From an uncultured Eubacteriales bacterium (GTDB lineage Bacteria; Bacillota; Clostridia; Christensenellales; CAG-138): a DNA stretch of 64,000 nucleotides. The notes under the pieces are model-generated. The model was not told where the DNA came from. It did no database searches and worked only from the letters and a program-made list of their open reading frames with translations. The DNA lies in assembly GCA_900544965.1 (NCBI GenBank), contig UQXE01000001.1, positions 1,855-65,854 of the forward strand, in the 5' to 3' direction. This document shows, piece after piece, positions 48,057 through 56,848 of this stretch. The position numbers and the translations under genes were made by a program. Position 1 is the first letter of the stretch, and each line of letters opens with the position of its first letter.

Positions 48057-48619
48057 ATGGTGGTGGCACATTGAGTAAACTTTGCGCCTTAAGGTCCGGC
48101 TAGATTTCCTCGCCCGCCACTCCCCGTCGCCGTTAGAAGCGGTTTCCCATTATGTCGGACGCTGCGCTGTCTCCATACGCAGGGCCGGACTGCCACTTAG
48201 CGCGCACCGTAATCCCCAATATGCCTTAATTCCAACAGTCTAGGAGCTTTCCTCAGCAGCTTTGCCATCCCCTAGCCTCTTTTGCAGTACAGGTTTCAAA
48301 AGGGTTATGCAGAATTGCCAAACCGCCTTATTCCCCTGACACCACTCAAGGCAGGCTACACTGTACACAGCGTTTACCGCAATACAGGTTTAATCCTATT
48401 GAGTAATCGAACTCAAGTTGCCGACCACCCATATAGGTCTCCACGAAGAACGGGTCGCCTTCCGCATGCCTTTGCAGACCGCCCGGTCTTCTTAACTCCC
48501 AGCATAAACCCCCGACTGGCATCGAAAGCAAACACCAGGAACTTCATCGATGTGCCCTCAACGGATTTTTAGGCCCGCTTTCAGGAACAGCATTGCTGAC
48601 TAGAATACTGCACCACCAT
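48057..48619 (-). ncRNA. OLE (ornate, large, extremophilic) RNA candidate
   Basis: There is a 626-nt gap with no credible ORF between ispA and the oapA-like gene. The flanking gene order matches the described OLE neighbourhood. A perfect 9-bp closing helix (48611-48619 with 48057-48065) encloses the segment, which has many internal hairpins. The exact ends were not determined. Confidence 0.7.
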
Positions 48620-48655
48620 TATTATTTTGCCACAGCGTGCAGTCAAATGCAAGCG

Positions 48656-49543
48656 TCAATATTTCCTGTCCATCGTCATTCCGATAAGCGAACTGAAGAA
48701 CTCCGTGTCCCCGTCAATTCTATACAGTGCCTTTCTCGCCCTTTCGGAAGCATTTTCAGCCATAATCCTTGATTGCTCCAATCCAAAAAGGGTTACATAG
48801 GTGAGCTTTTTAGTTTTTGCGTCCTTGCCTATGCTTTTGCCAAGTGCATTAATGTCTCCTGTGCAATCCAGAATATCGTCCGTAATCTGAAACAGCATTC
48901 CAAATGCATCCCCAAATTCCATTAACGCACAAATCCATTGCGAATCGGCGCCCCCCACATACGCCCCTGCCAGTACCGACGCCCTGATTAACGCTCCGGT
49001 CTTGTCCTTATGTATCGACCTTAACGTATCCTCACTATAATCATCGTCCAAAGAGGCTTTTATATCCTTCATCTGTCCCGCTATCATTCCAGTAGCTCCA
49101 ATCGCTCTTGCCACCTCCCTGACCGCTTTAAAATAGCCCTCGTTCTCACGATGCCGATCCAAGCCGTCAAGCATAAGTTCAAATGCCGATGAAAGCAGCG
49201 CATCGCCGGCAAGTATAGCGGTTGCCTCTCCAAAAGCCTTATGATTTGACGGTTTGCCCCTCCTGAAATCGTCGTTATCCATAGCGGGCAAGTCGTCGTG
49301 TATTAATGAGTATGTATGAAGCATCTCTATCGCCCCCGCTATCGGCAACGCGGTGGTAACATCCCCTCCAGCTAGCCTACAGGCAGCCAGCGTCATGCAT
49401 GGCCTAAGGCGCTTCCCCCCCGCTTCCAGACTGTAAAGCATTGAAGCCTGAAGCGGTGCGGGGATGAGAGCGGTTTTTACGTATGACAATATATATGGTT
49501 CCACCATAGACCTATACTCGTTTAACACAGGGGCAAGCTCCAT
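48656..49543 (-). CDS. ispA: farnesyl diphosphate synthase (polyprenyl synthetase family)
   Basis: Two aspartate-rich motifs (IHDDLPAMDNDDFRRG and ITDDILD); 295 aa. Confidence 0.9.
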   Translation of the reverse strand: MELAPVLNEYRSMVEPYILSYVKTALIPAPLQASMLYSLEAGGKRLRPCMTLAACRLAGGDVTTALPIAGAIEMLHTYSLIHDDLPAMDNDDFRRGKPSNHKAFGEATAILAGDALLSSAFELMLDGLDRHRENEGYFKAVREVARAIGATGMIAGQMKDIKASLDDDYSEDTLRSIHKDKTGALIRASVLAGAYVGGADSQWICALMEFGDAFGMLFQITDDILDCTGDINALGKSIGKDAKTKKLTYVTLFGLEQSRIMAENASERARKALYRIDGDTEFFSSLIGMTMDRKY

Positions 49544-49544
49544 A

Positions 49545-49763
49545 TTAATCCTCCGTATCCTCTGTCATCGTCTCCGAAGCCTTCTCTATACGCCCTTCAT
49601 ACTCTTCAAGCATATCCTTGCACAGCCTGGCAAGCGACATCCCCTTTTCATAAAGCTCCACCATCTCGTCAAGCGGCATGCTCTCGTCCGTAAGCCGACG
49701 CGTAATATGCTCAAGCTCGCTCATGGCGTCTTCATATGTCATCCTTTTGCTTTCCACGATCAA
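49545..49763 (-). CDS. xseB: exodeoxyribonuclease VII small subunit
   Basis: 72 aa with a YEDAMSELEHITRRL pattern, lying immediately after xseA. Confidence 0.9.
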   Translation of the reverse strand: MIVESKRMTYEDAMSELEHITRRLTDESMPLDEMVELYEKGMSLARLCKDMLEEYEGRIEKASETMTEDTED

Positions 49764-51124
49764 CCCTCCTTGTTCTTTATTTCAGCCTCGGCTGTTCCGT
49801 CGCGCATTATCAGTTCAATGCGTTTTCCGGTTGTTAAATCATCCGTGGAGTACAGATAATCCCCACCTTTTGATCTTATCATAGCAAAACCCCGCCTCAG
49901 CACATTTTCAGGTCCGCATAGCCGTAGGCTTTCAGCGATACCTTGCATGCGGTTCCTAAGGTTGTCCATTGACGAGTCCATGCCGTTCCTAAGCGCTTTA
50001 ATATTACCATCCGATCTATCCTGTTGTTTATATATCGCATGCATTATATCCATTTTAACATGCGGGGCCGTTATTTCTCTCGCTCTGCTCCTGCCGTTGC
50101 TTAATCTTAAATTAGCAGCCCCGTCGATTGAGTCTATTCTTGTCGACAAACTTTGCCGACCCGCGTCGATGCGATAGACTGGAATCATAACCGCATGTGA
50201 GGAGGTTATGGAGCTGACACGCGCCTGCCTCTCAGATATTTTACTTTTTACGGCTTTGGTCATATTGCTCTGTACGGCGCTTAACGACGCCATAATCGAC
50301 TCCATCTCAGGGGTGCACAGCTCAGCCGCGGCTGATGGCGTAGGAGCGCGCATGTCGGCTGCAAAATCCGATATTGTGTAGTCGGTTTCATGGCCAACAG
50401 CGCTAACCACCGGTATCGAACAGTCGTAGATTGCCCTGGCCACATCCTCATCATTGAACGGCCAAAGATCTTCAACGCTTCCCCCTCCCCTGCATACGAT
50501 GAGCACGTCGGCCAGTTTGAGCCTGTCCATTCTCCGTATCGCGGCGGCAATCTGCGCGGCGGCTCCCTCTCCCTGTACGGCAGTGGGGCAGAGCAGTATA
50601 TTCATCTTTGGAAATCTTCTCGTTACGACATTTTTGATATCCGAGTATACTGCGCCCATCTCTGACGTTACCACGCCTATACATCTGGGCAGCGCCGGAA
50701 GCGGCTTTTTATGCGACTCGTCAAACAACCCCTCTTTAGACAGCTTCTCCTTAAGCCGCATGAAGCGGGCGTACAGCTCCCCCTCCCCCTGCTGCTCCAT
50801 CTCCTTTACGTATAATTGATAACGCCCCTCCTGTGTATATATGCTTACATAGCCTCTGGCAGTAACGGACATTCCGTTTGACGGCTTAAATCCTAAGCCG
50901 AACGAATCGGGCTTAAACATAACGCAGCTTATCACTGAAGCTTCGTCTTTTAGCGAAAAATAAGCGTGCCCCGACGTGTGGCGCTTATACCCTGAAATCT
51001 CACCCTTTACACTGATATTTTTCAGCAGAAAGTCACGGCGAAGCAAATTTGCAGCATAATCATTTAGCTGGCTAACGCTCAATACCAACTCAGCCACCGC
51101 TCTTATACATCCTTTCAAATTCAT
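49760..51124 (-). CDS. xseA: exodeoxyribonuclease VII large subunit
   Basis: LSVSQLNDY...GEISGYKRHTSGHAYFSLKDE OB-fold N-terminus; 454 aa. A GAAGG SD lies upstream of the ATG at 51124. Confidence 0.9.
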   Translation of the reverse strand: MNLKGCIRAVAELVLSVSQLNDYAANLLRRDFLLKNISVKGEISGYKRHTSGHAYFSLKDEASVISCVMFKPDSFGLGFKPSNGMSVTARGYVSIYTQEGRYQLYVKEMEQQGEGELYARFMRLKEKLSKEGLFDESHKKPLPALPRCIGVVTSEMGAVYSDIKNVVTRRFPKMNILLCPTAVQGEGAAAQIAAAIRRMDRLKLADVLIVCRGGGSVEDLWPFNDEDVARAIYDCSIPVVSAVGHETDYTISDFAADMRAPTPSAAAELCTPEMESIMASLSAVQSNMTKAVKSKISERQARVSSITSSHAVMIPVYRIDAGRQSLSTRIDSIDGAANLRLSNGRSRAREITAPHVKMDIMHAIYKQQDRSDGNIKALRNGMDSSMDNLRNRMQGIAESLRLCGPENVLRRGFAMIRSKGGDYLYSTDDLTTGKRIELIMRDGTAEAEIKNKEG

Positions 51125-52046
51125 GCCGCGCCTTCAGAGCGACCCCTACCGCATTGTCCGACGAGAGCTTGGGCAACGCAAATTCAACGATAATTTCCCT
51201 CTTTCTAGATTTAAGCCTATTGACGAGCAGGTTTCTGAGAATACCGCTTGACGCCACGCCTCCGGCAAGCAGATACCGATTTATTCCCGTCTTTTCCAAA
51301 GCGTTTATGATCATCTTCGCAAATGTCCTGGCCAGGCATTCGTATAAGGCACGAGCTATTTTGGCATGATCCTCCGCACCGTCAACCATGCCTATCAGCC
51401 GCGTTTCAGCGCCTGAAAAGGAACAGTTCAAGTTATTTACCGAACTTGGAACGATTATATCCGAACAATCCGTTTTAAGCGCAAGCTCCTCCATCCGCTT
51501 GCCCGCCGGAAAAGTGCAACCCATTCTAACCCCTATCCGGTCCACAAGCTGTCCTGCGTGAATATCCAGCGAACCGCCGAGCTTGGTTATATTGAAGCAT
51601 TCGTCAACTAATAGTAACTCTGTCGTTCCCCCTGATATATGCATTGCGATAAACGGGCTGCCGCAAAAGGCTGCGTTTGAATATAATGCCGCCATTATAT
51701 GGCCCTCCTGATGCGAGGTTTCAAACATCGGTATGCTAAGAGCCGACGCAATCGCCCTTGCAGCCATTGTGCCAACCAGGAATACCGGCATATATGAATC
51801 TGGCGCAGGATTTGGAACAGAACTAACCGCCAACGCGCCAATATTTCCTTTATCAAGTTCGTTAAGCGCCGAGTGCAGCATTTTATCCAGATTTCTTGTA
51901 TGCAAAAATACCCCTTCGCTTTGGCGCAGGCCCCGCCCTCCAGGTGCCACCGCTAAAGGGGTTCTCATATCAACAACTATAGAATTATGGCTGACGCATG
52001 CTATCGAAGTAGTATAGCAGCTGGTATCTATCCCTAAGAATATCAT
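51090..52046 (-). CDS. Kae1/TsaD-family (peptidase M22-like, ASKHA fold) paralogue
   Basis: MIFLGIDTSCYTTSIA start and a HQEGH metal-binding-like motif; 318 aa. It overlaps xseA by 35 nt. Confidence 0.6.
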   Translation of the reverse strand: MIFLGIDTSCYTTSIACVSHNSIVVDMRTPLAVAPGGRGLRQSEGVFLHTRNLDKMLHSALNELDKGNIGALAVSSVPNPAPDSYMPVFLVGTMAARAIASALSIPMFETSHQEGHIMAALYSNAAFCGSPFIAMHISGGTTELLLVDECFNITKLGGSLDIHAGQLVDRIGVRMGCTFPAGKRMEELALKTDCSDIIVPSSVNNLNCSFSGAETRLIGMVDGAEDHAKIARALYECLARTFAKMIINALEKTGINRYLLAGGVASSGILRNLLVNRLKSRKREIIVEFALPKLSSDNAVGVALKARHEFERMYKSGG

Positions 52047-52459
52047 TGTTCTTCCGCCGTCTTTTTCCTGCTCAGAGTACCCAATATGCCATTTACAAAC
52101 GACGATGAGCTAACATCTCCAAAACGTTTTGCAAGCTCAACAGCCTCGTTGATTGAAACGCTGTCCGATATACAGTCGCAATATAGTATTTCGAATATGG
52201 ATATTCTGAGAATGCATAATTCGACCTTGGAAATACGCTGTATCTCCCATCCTATCGACAATTCGCCTATAATCGAATCTATTTTATCCTCATTGTCTGC
52301 AACGCCGCTTAAAAGCTCGTTGGAAAAATCAATGTCCTCTTGCTTCGGGGTTTCGGTAATGCCCGATTGCTCAAGAATCGCCTCATATGTATCGTCACCC
52401 CCAAACATGCGGGCAAAGGCCAACTTCATCGCCACTTCTCTGGCGGTTCTTCTGCTCAT
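52043..52459 (-). CDS. nusB: transcription antitermination factor NusB
   Basis: MSRRTAREVAMKLAFA N-terminus; 138 aa. Confidence 0.9.
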   Translation of the reverse strand: MSRRTAREVAMKLAFARMFGGDDTYEAILEQSGITETPKQEDIDFSNELLSGVADNEDKIDSIIGELSIGWEIQRISKVELCILRISIFEILYCDCISDSVSINEAVELAKRFGDVSSSSFVNGILGTLSRKKTAEEQ

Positions 52460-52496
52460 ATATTCCTCCAGGCCGGTTTAATACGCAATTATATGA

Positions 52497-52721
52497 TTAT
52501 CGGTTATCCTTAAATATCGCATCAAAAAAGGCTTTTATGCTTCCCCTGCCCCCCTTGTCAAGCAAGCGTCCCATAAAATAGCAAACCGTAACAACGGCAG
52601 CTATTAAAATGGTTCTCCAAAAACCTATGGTAAAGCAGAGTATCAGCACCAGCAGGCCGATTAAAACCAGCAGAATGCGCCACTTATGCCTATTAAGAAA
52701 TTCGGTTAAATTTGAATTCAT
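52497..52721 (-). CDS. small integral membrane protein (DUF2273-like) of the asp23 cluster
   Basis: 74 aa with two TM helices, positioned after amaP. Confidence 0.65.
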   Translation of the reverse strand: MNSNLTEFLNRHKWRILLVLIGLLVLILCFTIGFWRTILIAAVVTVCYFMGRLLDKGGRGSIKAFFDAIFKDNR

Positions 52722-52734
52722 AGCAGCACCCCGC

Positions 52735-53301
52735 CTAACTTATAGCCGGTTGTTGGGCCGCCTGATGAGATGGATTTACCACCAGAATCCTTACATCCGT
52801 TACCTGAATGCCTGAATATTTCTCTATATGCTCCTTCAGGCTATGCGACAGTTCGTCCGTAAACTCTGGAATGTTGGTTTCCGGCATGAGCGCTATCTTT
52901 ATATTTACGTTAATTCCTTGAGCCGATGCTCCAATCGCCGTAACACACTCGCGGATCTGCTTTTGCGACTTGCAAAACCTCTGCGCCATATCGTCGAGGG
53001 CGGCAAGCGCTATATATGTAGTCCCTACTTCCGAAGCCCTTATCAACGCCGCGCTTAGCGCCGATTGTTTTTGACCTGAAACCCCAAAGAACAGCAGTCT
53101 TATTGCGATTATAAGCAAAAGCAATCCTATAACCCCCGTCATAAGCGCCCCAACAGGCCCTGTGTATGGATAGCTAAGCACGCTGTCAACCATCTGTGCG
53201 CTTATAAATCCTGCCGCCATACCTATCAGTGCCAGTGCGACGGCGATCACAACAATAAGCAAAAGTGCCAGAAGTATTTTATCAAACAGTTTCGGCTTCA
53301 T
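52735..53301 (-). CDS. amaP: alkaline shock response membrane anchor protein AmaP-like
   Basis: 188 aa with two N-terminal TM helices, positioned downstream of asp23. Confidence 0.65.
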   Translation of the reverse strand: MKPKLFDKILLALLLIVVIAVALALIGMAAGFISAQMVDSVLSYPYTGPVGALMTGVIGLLLLIIAIRLLFFGVSGQKQSALSAALIRASEVGTTYIALAALDDMAQRFCKSQKQIRECVTAIGASAQGINVNIKIALMPETNIPEFTDELSHSLKEHIEKYSGIQVTDVRILVVNPSHQAAQQPAIS

Positions 53302-53399
53302 TTCCGTTTCTCCTTCAGAATATCATATTCGGACGGACACCTTAACGGCTCCGCCCGAATCCTCTTCTATTTGTTATTCAATGCTGTTGGAACAAAGAA

Positions 53400-53807
53400 C
53401 TATTCGCCGGATTCCGGCAGCTGCTTATCCTCCGGTTTTGCGAAGTTTATAGCCTGTACAAACATATTAACGCGGACAACTCTCAGCCCTGTCATGGTTT
53501 CAACCGCATTCTTAACTTCCTGTTGAACCTTTGAGCATACCTCGTGGATGCGATATCCATATTCAATTACTACACTGAGGTCAATCGCTGTCTCCTCCGT
53601 GCCGACTTCAACCTTCACGCCCTTTGTAAGGTTCTTTTTGCCAAACATCTCGGTAAAACCTTCGACCATGTTGCCGCTCATGGATGTCACGCCCTTAACT
53701 TCCGCCGCAGCAAGTCCGGCGATGGTGGCAACCACGTCGGGAGCGAACACTATCTTTCCACCCTCGTTTGAGAGTACATCGGTGCTGATATCATTTTCGG
53801 GTGTCAT
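53400..53807 (-). CDS. Asp23/Gls24 family envelope stress protein
   Basis: GKIVFAPDVVATIAGLAAAEVKGV is a typical Asp23 family N-terminus; 135 aa. Confidence 0.85.
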   Translation of the reverse strand: MTPENDISTDVLSNEGGKIVFAPDVVATIAGLAAAEVKGVTSMSGNMVEGFTEMFGKKNLTKGVKVEVGTEETAIDLSVVIEYGYRIHEVCSKVQQEVKNAVETMTGLRVVRVNMFVQAINFAKPEDKQLPESGE

Positions 53808-53945
53808 AGTTATTTCCTCCTTATTGGGTATAATCTCTTACGTGTGGATTAATCCACCGATTATATAATCATTATACCAGAAAACACCGTTAATGCAATC
53901 AAAAACATTAAACAAAGGTGTTTTTTCTGAAAAGATTGGACACGA

Positions 53946-54479
53946 TCAGTTATTTGCGCTTACCTTGATGTTTTGGGCCTCCTCTCCTGTTTCGCGTTTT
54001 ACTATATCAAGTATTTGAGCCACATCCTCATTGGTAAGCGTTGAGGCGTCGACAATCACATTGACCGACCCATAGTGAAAGGTAACCGCCGCGTCCGTAA
54101 AACCTTTCGCCTTTAACAGGCTCTCAATGGTAAACTCCTTTTCCATACAATCCACTATTTCAGTCATCTGCTCCTGCGCATCCTTAAGGGTTTCAGCGTC
54201 TGTGTTCTCGTTATTGATAATGGCGTTGAGGTATTCAATCTCCCTGTTTCGTGTTTGCTCACGGCTGGTTCTGAAATCTGCAAAGTAATTCGTACCGGCG
54301 CTCGACTGTATTGAAGTATCAATATCCGTCCCGCCGGCTGAATGCGTCGGCGGCGGACTGGGCGCGGGAGAGGATGTTTGACCGTTGAGCTGTACGTTTA
54401 AGTATACGGCTCCAATAAGCAGCGCGGCTACCACCGCAATAATTCCGACCGTTCTGGCGTTTACCTTTAGCTTTTTCAT
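53946..54479 (-). CDS. spoIIIAH: stage III sporulation protein AH
   Basis: MKKLKVNARTVGIIAVVAALLIGAVY TM segment, then FADFRTSREQTRNREIEYL and a C-terminal YscJ/FliF-like fold. It is the last gene of the spoIIIA operon. Confidence 0.8.
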   Translation of the reverse strand: MKKLKVNARTVGIIAVVAALLIGAVYLNVQLNGQTSSPAPSPPPTHSAGGTDIDTSIQSSAGTNYFADFRTSREQTRNREIEYLNAIINNENTDAETLKDAQEQMTEIVDCMEKEFTIESLLKAKGFTDAAVTFHYGSVNVIVDASTLTNEDVAQILDIVKRETGEEAQNIKVSANN

Positions 54480-54499
54480 AATATTAGCACCTTCCTTTT

Positions 54500-55066
54500 C
54501 TATTGTTCCATTTCGAATACTTCTATGCAATCGTCATCTATCCCAAGCACCGTCTTAACGGCATATTGCAAATTCAGCTTTACTGCTATATCCTCAGCGC
54601 CCTCAGCTACAACTATTACGCCGCGCACAAGCGGCTGCACCTCCGTAAGCACGATCGGTTCGTTCCCGCCATTCTTAGATATTGTTGCCGGAGAAGAGGA
54701 TTCGGTATTGGTCTGCGACTCGCTCCCATCGCTGCCTGACGAGCTGTTTTGCTGTGTATCAGTGGACATCGCCGGTACCAGCCTTGATGTAGTTTCATAT
54801 GTAATCATCACTTCAACCCTTCCAACGCCCTTTATGCCCGACAGCGTTTTTGCAAGCCGCTCTTCCAATCCTGATTCAGTAGAGACTGAAACCTCTGATA
54901 CCACTACATCGTTGTCTTTTGGTTCTTCAGGGCTTTTGGGTATAATTGTAGATACATATATAAGCACCGCGGCCAGGCCCAGCGCTACATATATTGCTAT
55001 CTCCAGTTTTTTATTGCCTTTTATTTTGGCAATCAGCGTATCCCACATCTTCGTTTTGCCCTGCAT
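54500..55066 (-). CDS. spoIIIAG: stage III sporulation protein AG
   Basis: N-terminal TM segment, then GVGRVEVMITYE ... PLVRGVIVVAEGAED ... AVKTVLGI, matching the SpoIIIAG ring-building domain pattern. Confidence 0.8.
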   Translation of the reverse strand: MQGKTKMWDTLIAKIKGNKKLEIAIYVALGLAAVLIYVSTIIPKSPEEPKDNDVVVSEVSVSTESGLEERLAKTLSGIKGVGRVEVMITYETTSRLVPAMSTDTQQNSSSGSDGSESQTNTESSSPATISKNGGNEPIVLTEVQPLVRGVIVVAEGAEDIAVKLNLQYAVKTVLGIDDDCIEVFEMEQ

Positions 55067-55085
55067 TTAATCTCACCTCCCGCGT

Positions 55086-55256
55086 CTAAAAGTAAAACAG
55101 GCTGACAATAGGCTCCGCAATGGTTAAAAGCACCGCCATATCTATGACCTTCTCCGCGCTGGATTTCAGCTTTCCATCGGGCAGCGCGAACTTTAGAAGC
55201 ATCGCAGTTATGGATACCGCCGCAATCTTTATAATCTGTTGATATATCCATTCCAT
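55086..55256 (-). CDS. spoIIIAF: stage III sporulation protein AF, membrane segment only (56 aa)
   Basis: MEWIYQQIIKIAAVSITAMLLKFALPDGKLKSSAEKVIDMAVLLTIAEPIVSLF parallels the first ~55 residues of B. subtilis SpoIIIAF as I remember it. It lies between AE and AG, with a GGTGA SD. Confidence 0.55.
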   Translation of the reverse strand: MEWIYQQIIKIAAVSITAMLLKFALPDGKLKSSAEKVIDMAVLLTIAEPIVSLFYF

Positions 55257-55260
55257 ATCA

Positions 55261-56451
55261 TCACCCACTTATATATATGTTTCCCGTACCGATGATTATG
55301 CCAATCGTTATTATAAACATAAGACCGCAGCCTATCACCGCCGCGAACAGGTATCCCGCGATATCGGCCACCGACGACAGCATTTTTGGAAGGCTTGAAG
55401 AGGCAATGGGTTCGCATATAGCGGCAGCTATTCTAAGGGTAAACATTGTGCACGCTATCTGAATAAGCGGTGACGCTACGCGGCCCACGGCTATTAAAAT
55501 TGAAGCTATTCCCGCCGCGTTTTTCACGATCATTGAGCATCCCATAACAGTATCTACCGTGCCTGAAACCATGCCTCCAATTATCGGGACAAATTTATCT
55601 ATGGCGAACTTTGCCGTCTTTAGCGAAAGGCCGCTTACCGAAGATACGGCTATCCCCGAAATCGCGGTTATGCCAATATATAGCGTAAACATGAACCCCA
55701 GTATCCATTTAGCCGAATTTTTACTTAGAGAGTATAGCTGGCCAAGCTGTGCCCGTCCAGTCAAGTTGTTGATAAGAGCCAGAACGCCCCCGGCGAGCAC
55801 AATGGGCACTATCAGGGACTGAATTACCTTGATTACTGTGCTGCTCAAAAAGGCCAGAAGAGGGCTTATTGCGGCATTTGCCTCTATTCCTCCCGCTGCG
55901 GACAGCATGGTGGTCATTACAGGCAATACAGCTTCTGTAAGATTGGCTATCCCCCCTATTGCTTTTCCCGCTATACCCGCCATACGCCCCAATGCATATA
56001 CGACCAAGCCTACCGCTAGCCCATAGCAGATAAAGCCCGTCAATGTCTTTAGCCCGCTTTTCTCCTTTCCGCCTATAAGTATATCCGCGAATCCGCCTAT
56101 AAGCGCCGAACAGAGAAAGCCGGCAAGCAGCCCAAGGTTTGACGCCAACTCGGACCGCACCATCCCCAGAATTGATTCCAACGTTTCCCCGGGTTCAATC
56201 GCCGCTTCACCGGCCGCCTGTTGATATATAATATCCGAAGCTGTTTCGCCCTTAAACACATCCCATTCCATCGCGTCCAGCTCGGACTGCCACTCAGACA
56301 GATCGTAACCTCCAAGCTGCGACCGGATTTCCCAATCGATGTCTTCAATCGTATCGCTTTCAACATTGTCGTCCGCCGCCAACACGTAAGCGGGCAACAT
56401 CAAAAGCATTATGACGGCCAGCAGCAGCATTCTGACATGGGTCCTGATCAT
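55261..56451 (-). CDS. spoIIIAE: stage III sporulation protein AE
   Basis: 396-aa polytopic protein with a signal peptide, in the expected operon position. Confidence 0.9.
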   Translation of the reverse strand: MIRTHVRMLLLAVIMLLMLPAYVLAADDNVESDTIEDIDWEIRSQLGGYDLSEWQSELDAMEWDVFKGETASDIIYQQAAGEAAIEPGETLESILGMVRSELASNLGLLAGFLCSALIGGFADILIGGKEKSGLKTLTGFICYGLAVGLVVYALGRMAGIAGKAIGGIANLTEAVLPVMTTMLSAAGGIEANAAISPLLAFLSSTVIKVIQSLIVPIVLAGGVLALINNLTGRAQLGQLYSLSKNSAKWILGFMFTLYIGITAISGIAVSSVSGLSLKTAKFAIDKFVPIIGGMVSGTVDTVMGCSMIVKNAAGIASILIAVGRVASPLIQIACTMFTLRIAAAICEPIASSSLPKMLSSVADIAGYLFAAVIGCGLMFIITIGIIIGTGNIYISG

Positions 56452-56834
56452 GGCACCAGCTCCAGAATCATATCCAATATTGAAAATGCGGTCGGCGCCG
56501 CCGCAAGCAGGATCATAACCCTTCCGGCAAGCTCGACTTTGGACGCTATTGCGCTTTCACCCGCATCCGTACATATCTGCGCCGCAAGCTGGATTATATA
56601 CGCTATTCCCACTACCTTGAATATCAGCATGATGTAATCGCTGTTAAGGCCATAGCTGGCGGCGGCGTTTTTTACGGTATCAACAAACCCGGTAATCTCC
56701 CCCACCACAACTATGAGCAGCGTAATACCTGCCGCTATACTCACCTGTATCGCCATCTCCGGCTTGTACGACCGTATCACCATCACAAGCGTAACCGCGA
56801 TAATCGCAATTCCCACTATTTTGAATATTGCCAT
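56448..56834 (-). CDS. spoIIIAD: stage III sporulation protein AD
   Basis: 128 aa with 4 TM helices, starting MAIFKIVGIAIIAV... Confidence 0.85.
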   Translation of the reverse strand: MAIFKIVGIAIIAVTLVMVIRSYKPEMAIQVSIAAGITLLIVVVGEITGFVDTVKNAAASYGLNSDYIMLIFKVVGIAYIIQLAAQICTDAGESAIASKVELAGRVMILLAAAPTAFSILDMILELVP

Positions 56835-56848
56835 ATCTAATCACCCAT

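Noticed and set aside
47433-48071. Full-length 212-aa version of the oapA-like ORF
   Set aside because: The first 14 codons (MCHHHISIYGMWRC) overlap the closing helix of the candidate RNA and have no SD. The ATG at 48029 is preceded by GGAG.
48282-48572. ORFs of 96 aa (plus strand) and 61 aa (48346-48531, minus strand) inside the ispA-oapA gap
   Set aside because: They overlap each other on opposite strands, have no SD, and have Arg/Pro/Thr-rich implausible sequences. The region is better explained as a structured RNA.
48075-48650. RNase P RNA or tmRNA as the identity of the large non-coding segment
   Set aside because: The only resemblance is GAGGAAAGC at about 48245-48253 (minus strand). 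The RNase P GAGGAAAGUCC core context is absent, as are the tmRNA tRNA-like ends and tag ORF. The synteny fits OLE instead.
54525-55070. 181-aa plus-strand ORF
   Set aside because: It is antisense to spoIIIAG and low-complexity Ser/Thr-rich, so it is a shadow ORF.
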